From Candidatus Marinacidobacterales bacterium (lineage in GTDB: Bacteria > Acidobacteriota > Vicinamibacteria > Marinacidobacterales > SMYC01), in the NCBI GenBank assembly GCA_965224085.1, contig CBDCYI010000005.1, positions 608,001 to 672,000 on the forward strand: a DNA stretch of 64,000 nt. The letters are read 5' to 3'. The notes under the pieces were generated by a model. The model searched no databases. It saw only the letters and a program-made list of their open reading frames with translations, and was not told the origin of the DNA. Positions 10,600 through 21,144 of the stretch are shown in pieces (the stretch's first letter is position 1; each line of letters opens with the position of its first letter). A program made the translations under genes and the position numbers.

Positions 10600-12177
10600 T
10601 CAGCTCACCTCATAGACGGTCTCGTTCTCCGTGCGATGAACGCGATTCAACCCTGAGAGCTCGTTAAGCAGCTTCTCCATCTCGGCGGCGCGACCGCGTA
10701 GATAAAGATCGCGATGGAGAATGACGTAGCGAAAACCGAGGCGCTCGAGTAGCACGATCGCCGCGTCGTCGGGCACGGGATTGCACGCTTCGAAAATCTC
10801 CGCATAGACAGGAGGTACGACCGTACCATAGCCATTGGCCAGTGGCTTGAAGTGTGTCGTGGACCAATAGAGATAGATCGCGTTATCCGCGTCACGCTTC
10901 GGCGGCGGAAGCGGAAGTTCGACCACAGGGACCGCGCCGGGTATATCCGAGAGCCATGCATAGACCGCTGGTATCGGGGGCGCTTGTGTGTAATGCGTCG
11001 GGCCAACGGACTCGACGAGCGGGAATAGAACGAGCGCAGCGCCGAGAGCGTGGCTCGGAAAACGCTTCAACACGAGGGCGGCGCCGTGAGCCGCGAGCAT
11101 CGCCATGGCGAAGAACACGTAGATCGCGAAGCGTGGGGGTACCCGGACCCCGTCCAATCCCGGGATGACGGCATGGAGGACACGATAGAGACCCCATGCC
11201 GGGCCGAGACTCGCCCAGGCGGCGACGATCGCGAGGATCAAGTAGAGGCCGCTCGCACGATTCAACCGAGCGATCGCGAGGAGCGCGAGTCCCACGGCGA
11301 GGATACCGGGAAAGAGGGTGCGCTCGCTACTAGGCGGCTTCAACCCTAGCGCTTGATGGAGATGGGAGCCCGAGCGCAGGTAATCGCCCGGACGCGCCGA
11401 GGCTCGTTGCAAGCGGCGTGTCGGCCGGGACAACCCAAAATCGTCGCCGAGCCGCATGAAAGGGAGCGCTAGCGGCAAGAACGCGAGCCCCGCCAGAACA
11501 AGTGCGACGCCGAGTCCGATAACGCGGCGGCGATCCGTAGTCATTCGCGTTCTAAAGAGCTCGAAAGGGATCGCCACGCCGAGCAGAATCCACGTAAAGA
11601 TGCCGTAATACGCGGACGACGCGCAGACGAACCACAGGAACACGGCGACGCCAACCGCGTAGCGGAGCTTCCCTTCTTCGAGATAACGCGTGAGACACAA
11701 AAAGAGAAGCGGGATAAAGCCCGCGTTTTGGAGCTGTATATGCGCAAGATGGTTGAGGCGATAGGCATCGAAGGCGAAGACGCTCCCGGCGACGGCCCCC
11801 GCGACGCGCGACCCCGTGAGATGCCATCCAAGCCGGTAGGCGCCATAGCCCGAAAGCGCAAACGCGAGGAGCGTCGCGAGGTTGAACGTCAGCAACGCGT
11901 CCCCGAAAAGCCACGTCACCGGCGCCATGAGGATCCCGAGACCGACCATCGGGTCGTTGAACGCAAGCGTCCCCGCCTCAGGGTAAAAGCGGTTCGAGTC
12001 GAACAGGTGCACGGGATCACGAGGAAGCTGATGCGCCACCCAAGACAAGGCCCAAGCATCGAGCAGCGGATCGTAGCGATCTTTCGTGGCTGTACGGATA
12101 TCGCGCACGAGCGGGTACGTAAAGACGGCAGCCCCTGCAAGAAAGAGGACGAATACGACCATCTCGCGCCATCGCAT
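10600..12177 (-). CDS. Polytopic membrane protein, GT-C-like glycosyltransferase
   Basis: DPLLDAW.LSW, NRFYPE.GTLAF.D, about 12 TM segments, RVPPRF, C-terminal NGYG / LGFRYVILH domain. Confidence 0.6.
   Translation of the reverse strand: MRWREMVVFVLFLAGAAVFTYPLVRDIRTATKDRYDPLLDAWALSWVAHQLPRDPVHLFDSNRFYPEAGTLAFNDPMVGLGILMAPVTWLFGDALLTFNLATLLAFALSGYGAYRLGWHLTGSRVAGAVAGSVFAFDAYRLNHLAHIQLQNAGFIPLLFLCLTRYLEEGKLRYAVGVAVFLWFVCASSAYYGIFTWILLGVAIPFELFRTRMTTDRRRVIGLGVALVLAGLAFLPLALPFMRLGDDFGLSRPTRRLQRASARPGDYLRSGSHLHQALGLKPPSSERTLFPGILAVGLALLAIARLNRASGLYLILAIVAAWASLGPAWGLYRVLHAVIPGLDGVRVPPRFAIYVFFAMAMLAAHGAALVLKRFPSHALGAALVLFPLVESVGPTHYTQAPPIPAVYAWLSDIPGAVPVVELPLPPPKRDADNAIYLYWSTTHFKPLANGYGTVVPPVYAEIFEACNPVPDDAAIVLLERLGFRYVILHRDLYLRGRAAEMEKLLNELSGLNRVHRTENETVYEVS
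11364..11455. repeat. About 90-bp direct repeat, copy 1 (inside membrane-protein CDS)
   Basis: taatcgcccggacgcgccgaggctcgttgcaagcggcgtgtcggccgggacaacccaaa matches 13920-13978 with 3 mismatches. Confidence 0.85.
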
Positions 12178-12227
12178 GAGCAGCGCGATTATATGCTGCT
12201 ATCGCCCCTCTGCCTTCCGCGATTAGA

Positions 12228-13922
12228 ATGACGAACGTGATCCGTCATTTCTTTGCCGTCTTGGCTCTGTCACTCGCTTGTTCCGGTTGCGCGAGTGATG
12301 AGCCATCGCCGCTCGTCGTGCTCATCGCCGTCGACGGCGCGACACCCGAGCTCATCAACGAGCTTCGGGCACGAGGCGAGCTTCCCAACATCGATCGGCT
12401 CATCCGCGAGGGAAGCTGGGGTCCCATGGAATCACTCGCCGCCAGGCGCCGACTTCGACCGAAGCCGCGCCGGGGCTATTGGTCACCGATCGTCTGGGCT
12501 TCGATGGCGACGGGAAAAATTCCCGACAAGCACGGCATCGTGGATTTTCTCCTGCCTCGGCCTGGAACTTCGTTCGTCTGGGCGGGGCAAAACGACGGAG
12601 CGCCTTTGGCCGAGATCCGGCTCCCCGAAATCTCCGGCGCGTCGCCCCACACGTTGAACGTGCGCCTTCGCAACTACGCGCCGAACGGGACCCAAAACGT
12701 CGAGCTTACGATGAACGGACAGACCCTCGGTAGCGTCGAGCTCACCAACAACTGGAAAGATGAAACGCTCGCGATCCCGCGTGACGCTTTGCGTCCCGCG
12801 GAGAATCGTCTCAGGCTCGCCTTCGAGCGCCAAAGTCGTCCGGCGGATCACGGACCGTCGAACGATCAGCGCTCGCTCGCGGGAGCCGTCGCGTCGCTGT
12901 CGATCCATAACGCCGGCGAGGTCGTCGTCACGTTCGACCCCGTTCACGGAAGGTTCGATCTCATCCGCGGCTTCCATCCACCCGAAGCCAAAGTCGTCGA
13001 GGCGCAGAGCACGCACCTGCGCGCGATGCCGGTCTGGAACCTTCTTGGCGATGCCGGACATCCAGTGGGAATCGTTGGCTACTGGACGACGTGGCCCGCT
13101 TACGCCGTCAACGGTTTTCTCGTGAGCTCGCATCTCGGCATACGCGGCGAACGGAAGAAGACGTCGACCGCACTCACGTGGCCGCCCGAGCTCGTCGACG
13201 AGATTGAGACGCTCGCTCCCGATGACGTGGCCATCGCGCGCATGACCGCCGAGCTCTTTCCCCAAACGTGCCAGCCCCTCTCGCCCAAGAAGCTCAGGAG
13301 CTTCGAGCGCATTCTATGGCAGGACGCGTTCTACCAGCGCATTGCGCGCAAGCTCCTCCCGACGATGGACCGCGGCTTTTTCACCGTTTACTTCGAGTCG
13401 ATCGATGCGAGCGCCCATCTCTTTCTTCCCTTCCGCCACGGGAAGGCCATCCCGCCAGGTTGTCCCGACACGGTGCGCGACGTCGTCGACAAGACCTATC
13501 TTCAAATCGATGGTTTTTTTGGCGAGCTCGTTGCGGTACTTCCCGACCGCGCCACCGTCATGCTCGTCTCCGATCACGGCAGCTCATCGGGCGGCGATCG
13601 CGGCTATCATGCGCCGTTCGGTGTGTTCGCCGCTCGCGGACCAGGCATCCGCGCCGGAGGCGAGGTGCGCGGCACGATGGTCCTCGACATTGCGCCCACG
13701 ATTCTCTACGCGCTCGGCGAAGGCGTGCCGCTCGACATGGACGGAAAAGTCGCGGTCTCGAGCTTCGAGGCCGGCTGGCTCGAAGCCCACCCCGTAGCCT
13801 ATCTGGAGACCGACACATCGATGACCCCCGAAGGCGCGACGGAGACGGAAATCTCAGAGGAAATGCTCGAGCGCCTTCGCTCATTGGGTTATGTAGATAG
13901 TCGGGAGGCTGAGCGCCGGTAA
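12228..13922 (+). CDS. Alkaline phosphatase / nucleotide pyrophosphatase superfamily protein with inserted beta domain
   Basis: Lipoprotein-like signal, LIAVDGA, SPIVWASMATG, ESIDASAH, VSDHG, H, DIAPTIL, ERLRSLGY. Confidence 0.85.
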   Translation: MTNVIRHFFAVLALSLACSGCASDEPSPLVVLIAVDGATPELINELRARGELPNIDRLIREGSWGPMESLAARRRLRPKPRRGYWSPIVWASMATGKIPDKHGIVDFLLPRPGTSFVWAGQNDGAPLAEIRLPEISGASPHTLNVRLRNYAPNGTQNVELTMNGQTLGSVELTNNWKDETLAIPRDALRPAENRLRLAFERQSRPADHGPSNDQRSLAGAVASLSIHNAGEVVVTFDPVHGRFDLIRGFHPPEAKVVEAQSTHLRAMPVWNLLGDAGHPVGIVGYWTTWPAYAVNGFLVSSHLGIRGERKKTSTALTWPPELVDEIETLAPDDVAIARMTAELFPQTCQPLSPKKLRSFERILWQDAFYQRIARKLLPTMDRGFFTVYFESIDASAHLFLPFRHGKAIPPGCPDTVRDVVDKTYLQIDGFFGELVAVLPDRATVMLVSDHGSSSGGDRGYHAPFGVFAARGPGIRAGGEVRGTMVLDIAPTILYALGEGVPLDMDGKVAVSSFEAGWLEAHPVAYLETDTSMTPEGATETEISEEMLERLRSLGYVDSREAERR

Positions 13923-13996
13923 TCGCCCGAACGGGCCGAGGCTCGTTGCAAGCGGTGTGTCGGCCGGGACAACCCAAACCCGGGACGCCGAGCCGC
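13903..13996. repeat. About 90-bp direct repeat, copy 2 (degenerate)
   Basis: Aligns with 11364-11455; overlaps the phosphatase stop and abuts the rhodanese fragment. Confidence 0.85.
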
Positions 13997-14335
13997 CGAC
14001 GCCTGTTACCTATGACTACCACGTCGTAAGCGATCGCGTCGCGACGTACCACGACATGCGGCGCGCCATCGGGGATCCGGAAAGCCTCATTCTGGACACG
14101 CGTAGCGATGGTGAGTGGTTCGGCACGGATCAACGAGCCGCGCGCAACGGCACGATTCCTTCTGCGGTCCACCTGGAGTGGGTCCATCTATTGAGCGACG
14201 ACGGACAGTTCAAAGCGAAGGACGAGCTCCAAGCGGTCTTTCGAAGCCGTGCGATCAATCGTGAGGATGAGATCCTCGCTCTTTGCAACACGGGCTATCG
14301 GTCGGCCCACGCCTACGTCGCCCTTCGGCTCCTAG

Positions 14336-16337
14336 CCCATGTTTCCCTTTTAGGTCTCTAAGTCATCATAAACAAAGGACTGAGATCCGCGGTTTGTCTC
14401 TACGCTGACAGCACCTCCTCGGAGAAGGCTGGCGGGTCGCGTTCAACGATTCCGAGTGCAGTCAGGATCGAGTTGGCGCGAGCGGTGCCGCGCGTGACGA
14501 CGCGCTTGGTCCGCCCAGAACCCAGCTGTAAGTCGACGAGCCGGACCGAGCGTAGCGCTTGTAGTGCCTCGGTTGCGGACAGGTCGAGTTCGGCGACCTT
14601 GAGCTTTTTCTCAAGAGCCCGATGCACAAGGAAGGCCAGCGTAGCTACGAAAAGATGTGCCTCCACACGCTCATCGGTCTGGTGGTAAACGGGACGCATC
14701 TCAATGACATCCTTAAGGCATGAGAAGGCTCGCTCGACCTCGTTTAGGTCCTTGTAAAGGCGCACGGCGTCGACCGGAGAGAGGTTTTGCTCCTCGGTTT
14801 GAATAACGTACTTACCCTCGTAGGCTTGCTCGCGCTTGAGGTTGACCGGGTGCTCGAAGAAGCGGAAGCGAGCGTTTTTGTACTCCCAGTCGTAGTAACG
14901 GTGACCGTGGTGGCGTGCCTGTATGCGCGCGGCGGCGGCACCGATTTTCTCGGGGGCTTTCAATCGTCCCTCGCGCACGCGGCGCTCAAGGGCCTCGAAT
15001 GCCGCACGGGCACGTCCCATGGCCCGCAGCCTCTGCCCGCGCTCGTAGGCGAGCCTTTCGTCGCTGTGAACGACGAAGATGCGCACGCCAGACTGCTCGG
15101 AGCGGACTTCTTGCACACGAGTCTTAGGTGGCTCGGCTTTTTCGCTCACCGTGATGCCACCAGGGCAGTCGATCCACTCTCCGCTGGCGCGCTCGATGTA
15201 ACGATAGACCTCCTCGCGCCGTCGTCTTTGCAGCCCGACGAGATAGCCCTGCTTGCGCGAGCGCACCACCGCCAGGCTGTCGCTCGTTACCATCCCTCGG
15301 TCGCCGACAAAAACCACGCGGTGCAAACCGAATCGTTCGTTGAGATCGTTGAGCACCTGCGGCACCGTTTTCGCGTCACGCCAGTTGCCGGCGAAAACAT
15401 GGTGGGCGATCGGCCAACCGTCCACCATCACCAGACCGACAAGCACTTGCCGGTTACGCGGTCTGCGGTCGCGACTGTAGCCGTGGGCGCCGAGCCCCGG
15501 AGGGCCTTGACCTTCGAAGTACGTCGACGTCAGGTCGTAAAACACCATGTCAACCTCAAGCGAAAACAGATCCCGCAAGCGCAAAAACAGCTCTTTCTCG
15601 ATCTGTTCTTTGCGGGCATGCAGCTGGTCGAGCGTTCGGTACCATTGCTTGAGTTGGCGAAACTCCACGCGAACCCGCGGGGAGCGACTCGCTCGCCGCT
15701 CCCCATCATCGCGCCACTGCGGCACCCACCGCCGCCCCTGCCGGTCGCAGACGAAGTCGGTCTCGAGCCAGCGCGCCAGACCGTGCTCGCTTGACGGAGC
15801 ACATAGCCGGTTGGCGACCAGCACCAAAGCTCGCTCGCTTAGCGCCACTCCGTCGCGCTTGCCGCGGCCTCCGAGCCGGTCGAGAATCTGCTCCAGTCCG
15901 AGCTCGCGCCACAGCGTCGCCGTCACCACCATCGGACCCCAATCCCACGCGTCTGCCCCCGCGATCTGCTCGGCTGCTCGCTCGGTGTCGGCCGGTTCAC
16001 CGGCCCCAAGCAACCGATTGAGGGAGTCGAGATTGGCAACTAGGAGATCCTTGCGCCCCAAGTTGCACACTACGCGTTGCTTCGGCTTGCCGTGCTCCCG
16101 ATACGACTCGACCAGGCGGACATACTCATGTTGAACCCCTTTGCCGCCTGCGGCCCGAACGATGCGGAAGAACATAACCTGTCCTCACGCATACTACATA
16201 TCATTGTCCACGATTACAACGTATTAATGGCGCTCAAAGCACAATATCTGTCTCTACGTTTTGGGCAAATTCAACCCCCGTTCCTTTGAATTCAGTCACT
16301 TACGAGCGTTAGGGTGCCCATAAAGGGTAAACATGGG
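14336..16337 (-). mobile_element. IS1634-family element, copy 1
   Basis: Terminal IRs CCCATGTTTCCCTTT / AAAGGGTAAACATGGG, flanked by CTAG on both sides; near-identical inverted copy at 48186-50187. Confidence 0.92.
14400..16175 (-). CDS. IS1634-family DDE transposase
   Basis: YVRLVESYR..GKPKQR, FYDLTSTYFEG, GYSRD.RP, VGDRGM, YK.L.EVERAF..LK...RPVYH. Confidence 0.92.
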   Translation of the reverse strand: MFFRIVRAAGGKGVQHEYVRLVESYREHGKPKQRVVCNLGRKDLLVANLDSLNRLLGAGEPADTERAAEQIAGADAWDWGPMVVTATLWRELGLEQILDRLGGRGKRDGVALSERALVLVANRLCAPSSEHGLARWLETDFVCDRQGRRWVPQWRDDGERRASRSPRVRVEFRQLKQWYRTLDQLHARKEQIEKELFLRLRDLFSLEVDMVFYDLTSTYFEGQGPPGLGAHGYSRDRRPRNRQVLVGLVMVDGWPIAHHVFAGNWRDAKTVPQVLNDLNERFGLHRVVFVGDRGMVTSDSLAVVRSRKQGYLVGLQRRRREEVYRYIERASGEWIDCPGGITVSEKAEPPKTRVQEVRSEQSGVRIFVVHSDERLAYERGQRLRAMGRARAAFEALERRVREGRLKAPEKIGAAAARIQARHHGHRYYDWEYKNARFRFFEHPVNLKREQAYEGKYVIQTEEQNLSPVDAVRLYKDLNEVERAFSCLKDVIEMRPVYHQTDERVEAHLFVATLAFLVHRALEKKLKVAELDLSATEALQALRSVRLVDLQLGSGRTKRVVTRGTARANSILTALGIVERDPPAFSEEVLSA

Positions 16338-16497
16338 CTAGAGTACCCACGTGTGCGCAACTATGTTGGCTCGTGGCAAGAATGGGGTAACCGAGACGGG
16401 CTGCCGGTCGTAACGCCCAAGGACGCGACGCGCGCGCCCAATCGTGCCCTCGACTAGCAAGTTGAAGTAGACTTGCCCGGCGTTGCCTGGAGGTTTT

Positions 16498-19400
16498 ATG
16501 CTCGCGAAAATCTTGCCCCTGTTTCTACTCGTCGCCGTCCCACTGGCGGCCCAAGACGTCTCTGAAGAGCTCTATCAAGATCTGAAATACCGCCACATCG
16601 GCCCCGTCGGCAACCGCGTCGCGGCCGTCGCGGGCGTGGCCGGCGATCCGCTCACCTACTATGCCGGCGCGGCTTCCGGCGGCATTTGGAAGTCCGAGGA
16701 CGGCGGCGAGTATTGGCGTCCGATCTTCGACGATCACCCCGAGCACGCTATCGGTGCGCTCGCCGTAGCGCCCTCCGATGCCCAGATCGTTTGGGCGGGG
16801 ACGGGTGAGCCGCACATCCGATCGAACGTTTCCATCGGAAGCGGTGTCTACAAATCCACCGATGGCGGCGAGACGTGGACGAAGATGGGGCTCGCTTGGC
16901 CGAGCCGCACGGCGCGTGTGCTCATCCACCCCAAGAATCCCGACATCGTCTATGTCGCCGCGCTCGGGCACAGCCACGGCCCTCAAGCAGAGCGGGGCAT
17001 CTTCCGCACGATGGACGGTGGTGAGACGTGGGAGCACGTGCTTTTCGTCGACGAGAACACCGGCGCGTCGAGCCTCGAGATGAGCCCGAACAACCCGCGT
17101 ATCCTCTTCGCAGGAATGTGGAACGTTCAAGTGCACACGTGGGGCCGCGAGAGTGGCGGTTCGGGAAGCGGCATCTACATGTCGCGCGACAGCGGCGACA
17201 CTTGGACCAAGCTCGAAGGCAACGGGCTCCCCGAGCTTCCTGTCGGCAAAGTCGACATTTGTTTGACACCCGCGGACTCGAATCGCATCTATGCGCTGAT
17301 CGAGACGGGCGACGGTGTCCCTTGGCACGGCGAGAAGACCGAGAGCGGCGAGTTATGGCGCTCGGATGACGGCGGCAAGAATTGGCGCTTGATGACGCAC
17401 GACCGCAACCTCGGCGGCCGCACGGGTTACTACAACAACTGCGTCGTCCTGCCGGACGACCCCGATGAAGTCTTGTTCTTGACGGCCGCCTTCGTGCGTT
17501 CGATTGACGGCGGACGTACAGGTATTCCCCTCCGTGGGCGCCAACGTCCAGGCGGCGACTACCATGACTTGTGGATCGATCCGACGGATGGTAACCGGAT
17601 GATTGTCGGAAACGATGGCGGCACGGCCGTCACGATGACCCGCGGCAAGAGCTGGCACCGGGTGCAGCTTCCTATTGCCCAGATGTACCACGTGACCGCG
17701 GACAACGCGATCCCCTACAACGTCATGGGCAATCGTCAAGACGGGCCGTCCACGCGCGGGCCGAGCCGGAGCCGTACCCGCGGCTTCGGTGGCGGCAGCA
17801 TCCCGCGCGGGATGTGGCATTCCGTCGGCGGCGGCGAGAGCGGCTTCGCCAGCCCGGATCCGACGGACCCGAACATCATCTGGTCGAGCGCTTCCGGCGC
17901 CGGGGCGCGCGGCGGCATCGTCGTCCGCTACAACGAGACGACGCGCCAGTTCCGTCAAGTCGAAGTGTGGCCGGAGAGCACAGGGGGCTGGCCCGCGGCG
18001 GAGCTCCGCTACCGCTTTCAGTGGACGTTTCCGCTCCTCATCTCACCGCACGACAACAACACCGTGTTCGTAACGAGCCAGAACGTGCATCGCACGACGA
18101 ATGGCGGCCAGAGCTGGGATGTCATCAGTCCCGACCTCACCACCGACGACAAGTCGAGGCAAGGCATTTCAGGTGGCCTCACACCGGACAATATCGGTGT
18201 CGAGTATTGCTGTGTCATCTACGCGTTCGACGAGTCTCCCGCGCAGGCAGGTGTGCTGTGGGCGGGCTCTAACGACGGCATGGTGCACGTCAGCCGTGAC
18301 GGCGGCACCAGTTGGGCCGACGTTACCGGCAATCTTCCCGACCTGCCGCCCGACGGCGTCGTCCGAGGCATCGACGCCTCGAAGTGGGACGCCGCGAAAG
18401 CCTACCTGGCGATCGAGCATCATCAGCAAGGCAACTTCGACCCGCATGTCTACAAGACCGACGACTATGGCGCGAGCTGGACGAAGATCGTCGACGGCAT
18501 CACGGATAGCCCACTCAGCTACGCGCGCGCGGTCATCGAGGATCCGGTCCGGCCCGGCCTTCTCTATCTCGGCACCGAGAACGCCGTCTACGTGTCGTTC
18601 AACGACGGCGAGCTCTGGAAGCCGCTCCAGAACAACTTGCCGGCCTCGCCAAACTACGGCCTCGTCGTTCAAGAACACTTCAACGATCTCGTCGTGGGCA
18701 CTTACGGACGCGGTTTTTGGATTCTGGATGACGTCAGCCCGCTTCAGCAGCTGACGGACGAAGTCGCCTCTTCCGAAGCGCACTTGTTCGAACCGAAACC
18801 GGCCTACCGTTTTCGCCCGATCACGTCGCCGATGTCGATGCCGAACGATCCGTCGGTCGGCGAAAATCCGCCAGAAGGCGCGAGCATCAACTATTGGTTA
18901 TCGGGCGAGGCGGAGGAAGGTGTATGCCTCGAGATCCAAAGCGCCGCCGGGGACACGCTACGGACTCTGAGCGGAACGAACCATCCCGGCATCAACCGCG
19001 TGTGGTGGGATTTCCGCGGCGAGCCGTCGACCGAAATCAAGCTTCGGACGGCGCCCCAATATGCGGATTGGGTCGAGCTCAATCAGGATCGTTGGCGTCC
19101 GGCTTTCGTCGGCCGCATCTCGGTCGTCGAGCCGCCGGGCACGTACACGGTGGTCTTGAAGGTCGGCGAGCACGCGATGCGCCAAACGCTCGAAGTCCTC
19201 AAAGATCCGAGTTCCGAAGGCTCCGAGGCGGACATCCGTGTGCAGACCGAGATGGTGCGCACGCTGAGAGACGAATTGAATGCCGTGGCGGAATCGATTA
19301 ACAAGATCGAGTGGATCCGCCGGCAGCTCGAAGACCTGCAGGCCGTCGCGGAAGATCTCGGCAACAACGCGGCCGCGATCGTGTCGAGCGCCCAAGAGCT

Positions 19401-19698
19401 CGACGGGACGTTCGTAGCCCTCGAAGAGAAGATCGTGCAGCTCAAGATCACCGGGACCGGCCAAGACCGCGTGCGCTGGCCGATGCGCGTCGCGGGACGG
19501 GTCGCCTATCTCGCGAGCGCCGTGGCGGTCGCGGACTTTCCCCCCACGGATCAACACCGCGAGGTGCATCAAGTCCTGAGCGGCCGCTACGCGGAGTACC
19601 AAATCGAGCTGGATCGATTGCTCAACAATGAGCTTCCTGCGTTCAATCGAACGCTGGAAGAAAACGGTCTCCCCCGCGTGGTCACGGGGGGCGAGTGA
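16498..19698 (+). CDS. Secreted VPS10/BNR-repeat (sortilin-like) glycosyl hydrolase
   Basis: RBS GGAGG, signal peptide, RHIGP.GNRV, many S/T-x-D-G-G-x-T/S-W Asp boxes, GTYGRGFWILDD, helical C-terminus. Confidence 0.88.
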   Translation: MLAKILPLFLLVAVPLAAQDVSEELYQDLKYRHIGPVGNRVAAVAGVAGDPLTYYAGAASGGIWKSEDGGEYWRPIFDDHPEHAIGALAVAPSDAQIVWAGTGEPHIRSNVSIGSGVYKSTDGGETWTKMGLAWPSRTARVLIHPKNPDIVYVAALGHSHGPQAERGIFRTMDGGETWEHVLFVDENTGASSLEMSPNNPRILFAGMWNVQVHTWGRESGGSGSGIYMSRDSGDTWTKLEGNGLPELPVGKVDICLTPADSNRIYALIETGDGVPWHGEKTESGELWRSDDGGKNWRLMTHDRNLGGRTGYYNNCVVLPDDPDEVLFLTAAFVRSIDGGRTGIPLRGRQRPGGDYHDLWIDPTDGNRMIVGNDGGTAVTMTRGKSWHRVQLPIAQMYHVTADNAIPYNVMGNRQDGPSTRGPSRSRTRGFGGGSIPRGMWHSVGGGESGFASPDPTDPNIIWSSASGAGARGGIVVRYNETTRQFRQVEVWPESTGGWPAAELRYRFQWTFPLLISPHDNNTVFVTSQNVHRTTNGGQSWDVISPDLTTDDKSRQGISGGLTPDNIGVEYCCVIYAFDESPAQAGVLWAGSNDGMVHVSRDGGTSWADVTGNLPDLPPDGVVRGIDASKWDAAKAYLAIEHHQQGNFDPHVYKTDDYGASWTKIVDGITDSPLSYARAVIEDPVRPGLLYLGTENAVYVSFNDGELWKPLQNNLPASPNYGLVVQEHFNDLVVGTYGRGFWILDDVSPLQQLTDEVASSEAHLFEPKPAYRFRPITSPMSMPNDPSVGENPPEGASINYWLSGEAEEGVCLEIQSAAGDTLRTLSGTNHPGINRVWWDFRGEPSTEIKLRTAPQYADWVELNQDRWRPAFVGRISVVEPPGTYTVVLKVGEHAMRQTLEVLKDPSSEGSEADIRVQTEMVRTLRDELNAVAESINKIEWIRRQLEDLQAVAEDLGNNAAAIVSSAQELDGTFVALEEKIVQLKITGTGQDRVRWPMRVAGRVAYLASAVAVADFPPTDQHREVHQVLSGRYAEYQIELDRLLNNELPAFNRTLEENGLPRVVTGGE

Positions 19699-19823
19699 GC
19701 TACGAGCTCGTGCCACGAGCGCCGGGCGTCGCGGATTATCGGCGCGTTCGCCTCGCCGCAGGGCTTCAAGACAGAGGCATCGACGCGGCGGAGCTGGGGC
19801 TCAGCAACATATCTGGACTCCTC

Positions 19824-20109
19824 AATCAACACCTTTCTCAAAAAAGTCTTCCTCAGAGCTGCTCGTCCAAATCGGTGACGAGTGGGTCAGACTGCAAACA
19901 TATCTACGGCCTCAGTGAGGAGCGTCTTGGGTGCTCCGGGCCATGACGGAAAATCCGCGCGCGAGGAGCCAATCACTTTGAGCGACCTCTGAGGGCCAGT
20001 GTTGCTATCGGCTTGACCCCGCGCCGGTCCGACCGGTACGCCATCAGTTGGATGGGTATCGTCGCAGCCTCTGTTGGAAGGGAAGAAGGAAAACACGAAA
20101 GTGGAGCCT
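19824..20109 (-). ncRNA. Predicted bridge/seek RNA of the IS1111-type element (ends approximate)
   Basis: Non-coding region 3' of the recombinase contains AGCAACACT, AAGTG, UCCGUCA and AGAUAUG, matching target and donor halves in the expected order. Confidence 0.75.
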
Positions 20110-21144
20110 CTATGCGGCCGCGGGCACCGACTGGAATTCACTCTCGCGGGTGGAGACGGCCCAGACTATCCGGGCGAGTTTGTTGGCGACAGCAATCGCG
20201 GCTTTGTTGTGTCCCCGCGAGCGGTGGACCTTCCGCGCCCAGGCGCGGAGCTTGTCGGGCGGGCTCTTGCTGACGTTGGCCGCTCGGAGCACGGCGCGTC
20301 CGCCCTGCGTGAGGAGCGTACGGAGGTAGGAGTCGCCACGCTTGGTGATGCGCCCGAGGCGGCGAATGTCACCACTGGAGTTCTCTTTGGGAACGAGGCC
20401 GAGGTAACTCGAGAAGCGGCGTCCCGATGGGAAGCGGCGCAGATCCCCAACGAAGCCGACGATGGCGGTCGCGGTCAGAAGTCCGATGCCGGGAATGGTG
20501 AGAAGTCGTTGCACCTCAGGAAGCTGCTTGGCGAGCGCCTTGAGCTCGTGCTCGATGCCAGCGCACTTGTCCTTGAGCTCTCGAATCTCGGAGCACGCAT
20601 CACGCAGGTGCGGACGGAGCACGTCGGGCAAATCAGAATCAGCGTCTTCGACGAGCTCGGAGATGGCGGGCACGACGAAGTGAGCGCCCTTGGGGATGAA
20701 GAGTCCGAGCTCGCGCAGGATCCCGCGTACGGCATTGATGCGTGCGGTCCGTGTGGAGAGCCATCCTGAGCGTAGGCGATGGAGCGCGGCGAGGGTGTGC
20801 TGGCGCACGGACTTGATGGGCACCGAAAGAATCTCCTCGTTCCGGTAAGCCTCGAGCAAAGCTTTGGTGTCCGCGCGGTCGTTCTTGCTCCCGCGTCGAT
20901 ACGGCCTTACGAGGTGAGGTGGGAGCAGGACGACGTCGTGTCCCAACCGTTGCAACGTCCTTGCTCAGAAGTGAGCCGAGCCGCAGGCTTCAAGAAGCAC
21001 GGTGGCAGCGCTCTGTTTTGCAAAAAACGACACCAACTTGGGTCGACTCACACGGAGTTGCTTGGACACCTTCCCCGCTTCGCGCGAGATGGCAATCTCG
21101 AAGACGTTCTTTGCAAGATCCACAGCGATCGTCGTATCTTTCAT
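20110..21144 (-). pseudogene. IS110 DEDD recombinase with premature TGA (20965-20967)
   Basis: RBS GGAGGAG; IAVDLAKNVF, LEACGSAHF*AR, KNDRAD, IPGIG, SYLGLVP.E.SSG, GRITKRGD, AIAVANK; 345 codons if read through. Confidence 0.9.

Larger units (their letters stand above)
13997..16457 (+). pseudogene. Sulfurtransferase (rhodanese) C-terminal domain, 5'-truncated and split by IS1634
   Basis: ILDTRSDGEW.G...GTIPSA...CNTGYRSAHAYVALRLL [IS] EYPRVRNYVGSWQEWGNRDGLPV; removing the IS restores the frame. Confidence 0.85.

Noticed and set aside
11364-13996. Repeat pair as DGR template/variable regions
   Set aside because: Mismatches are not adenine-specific and no reverse transcriptase is present.
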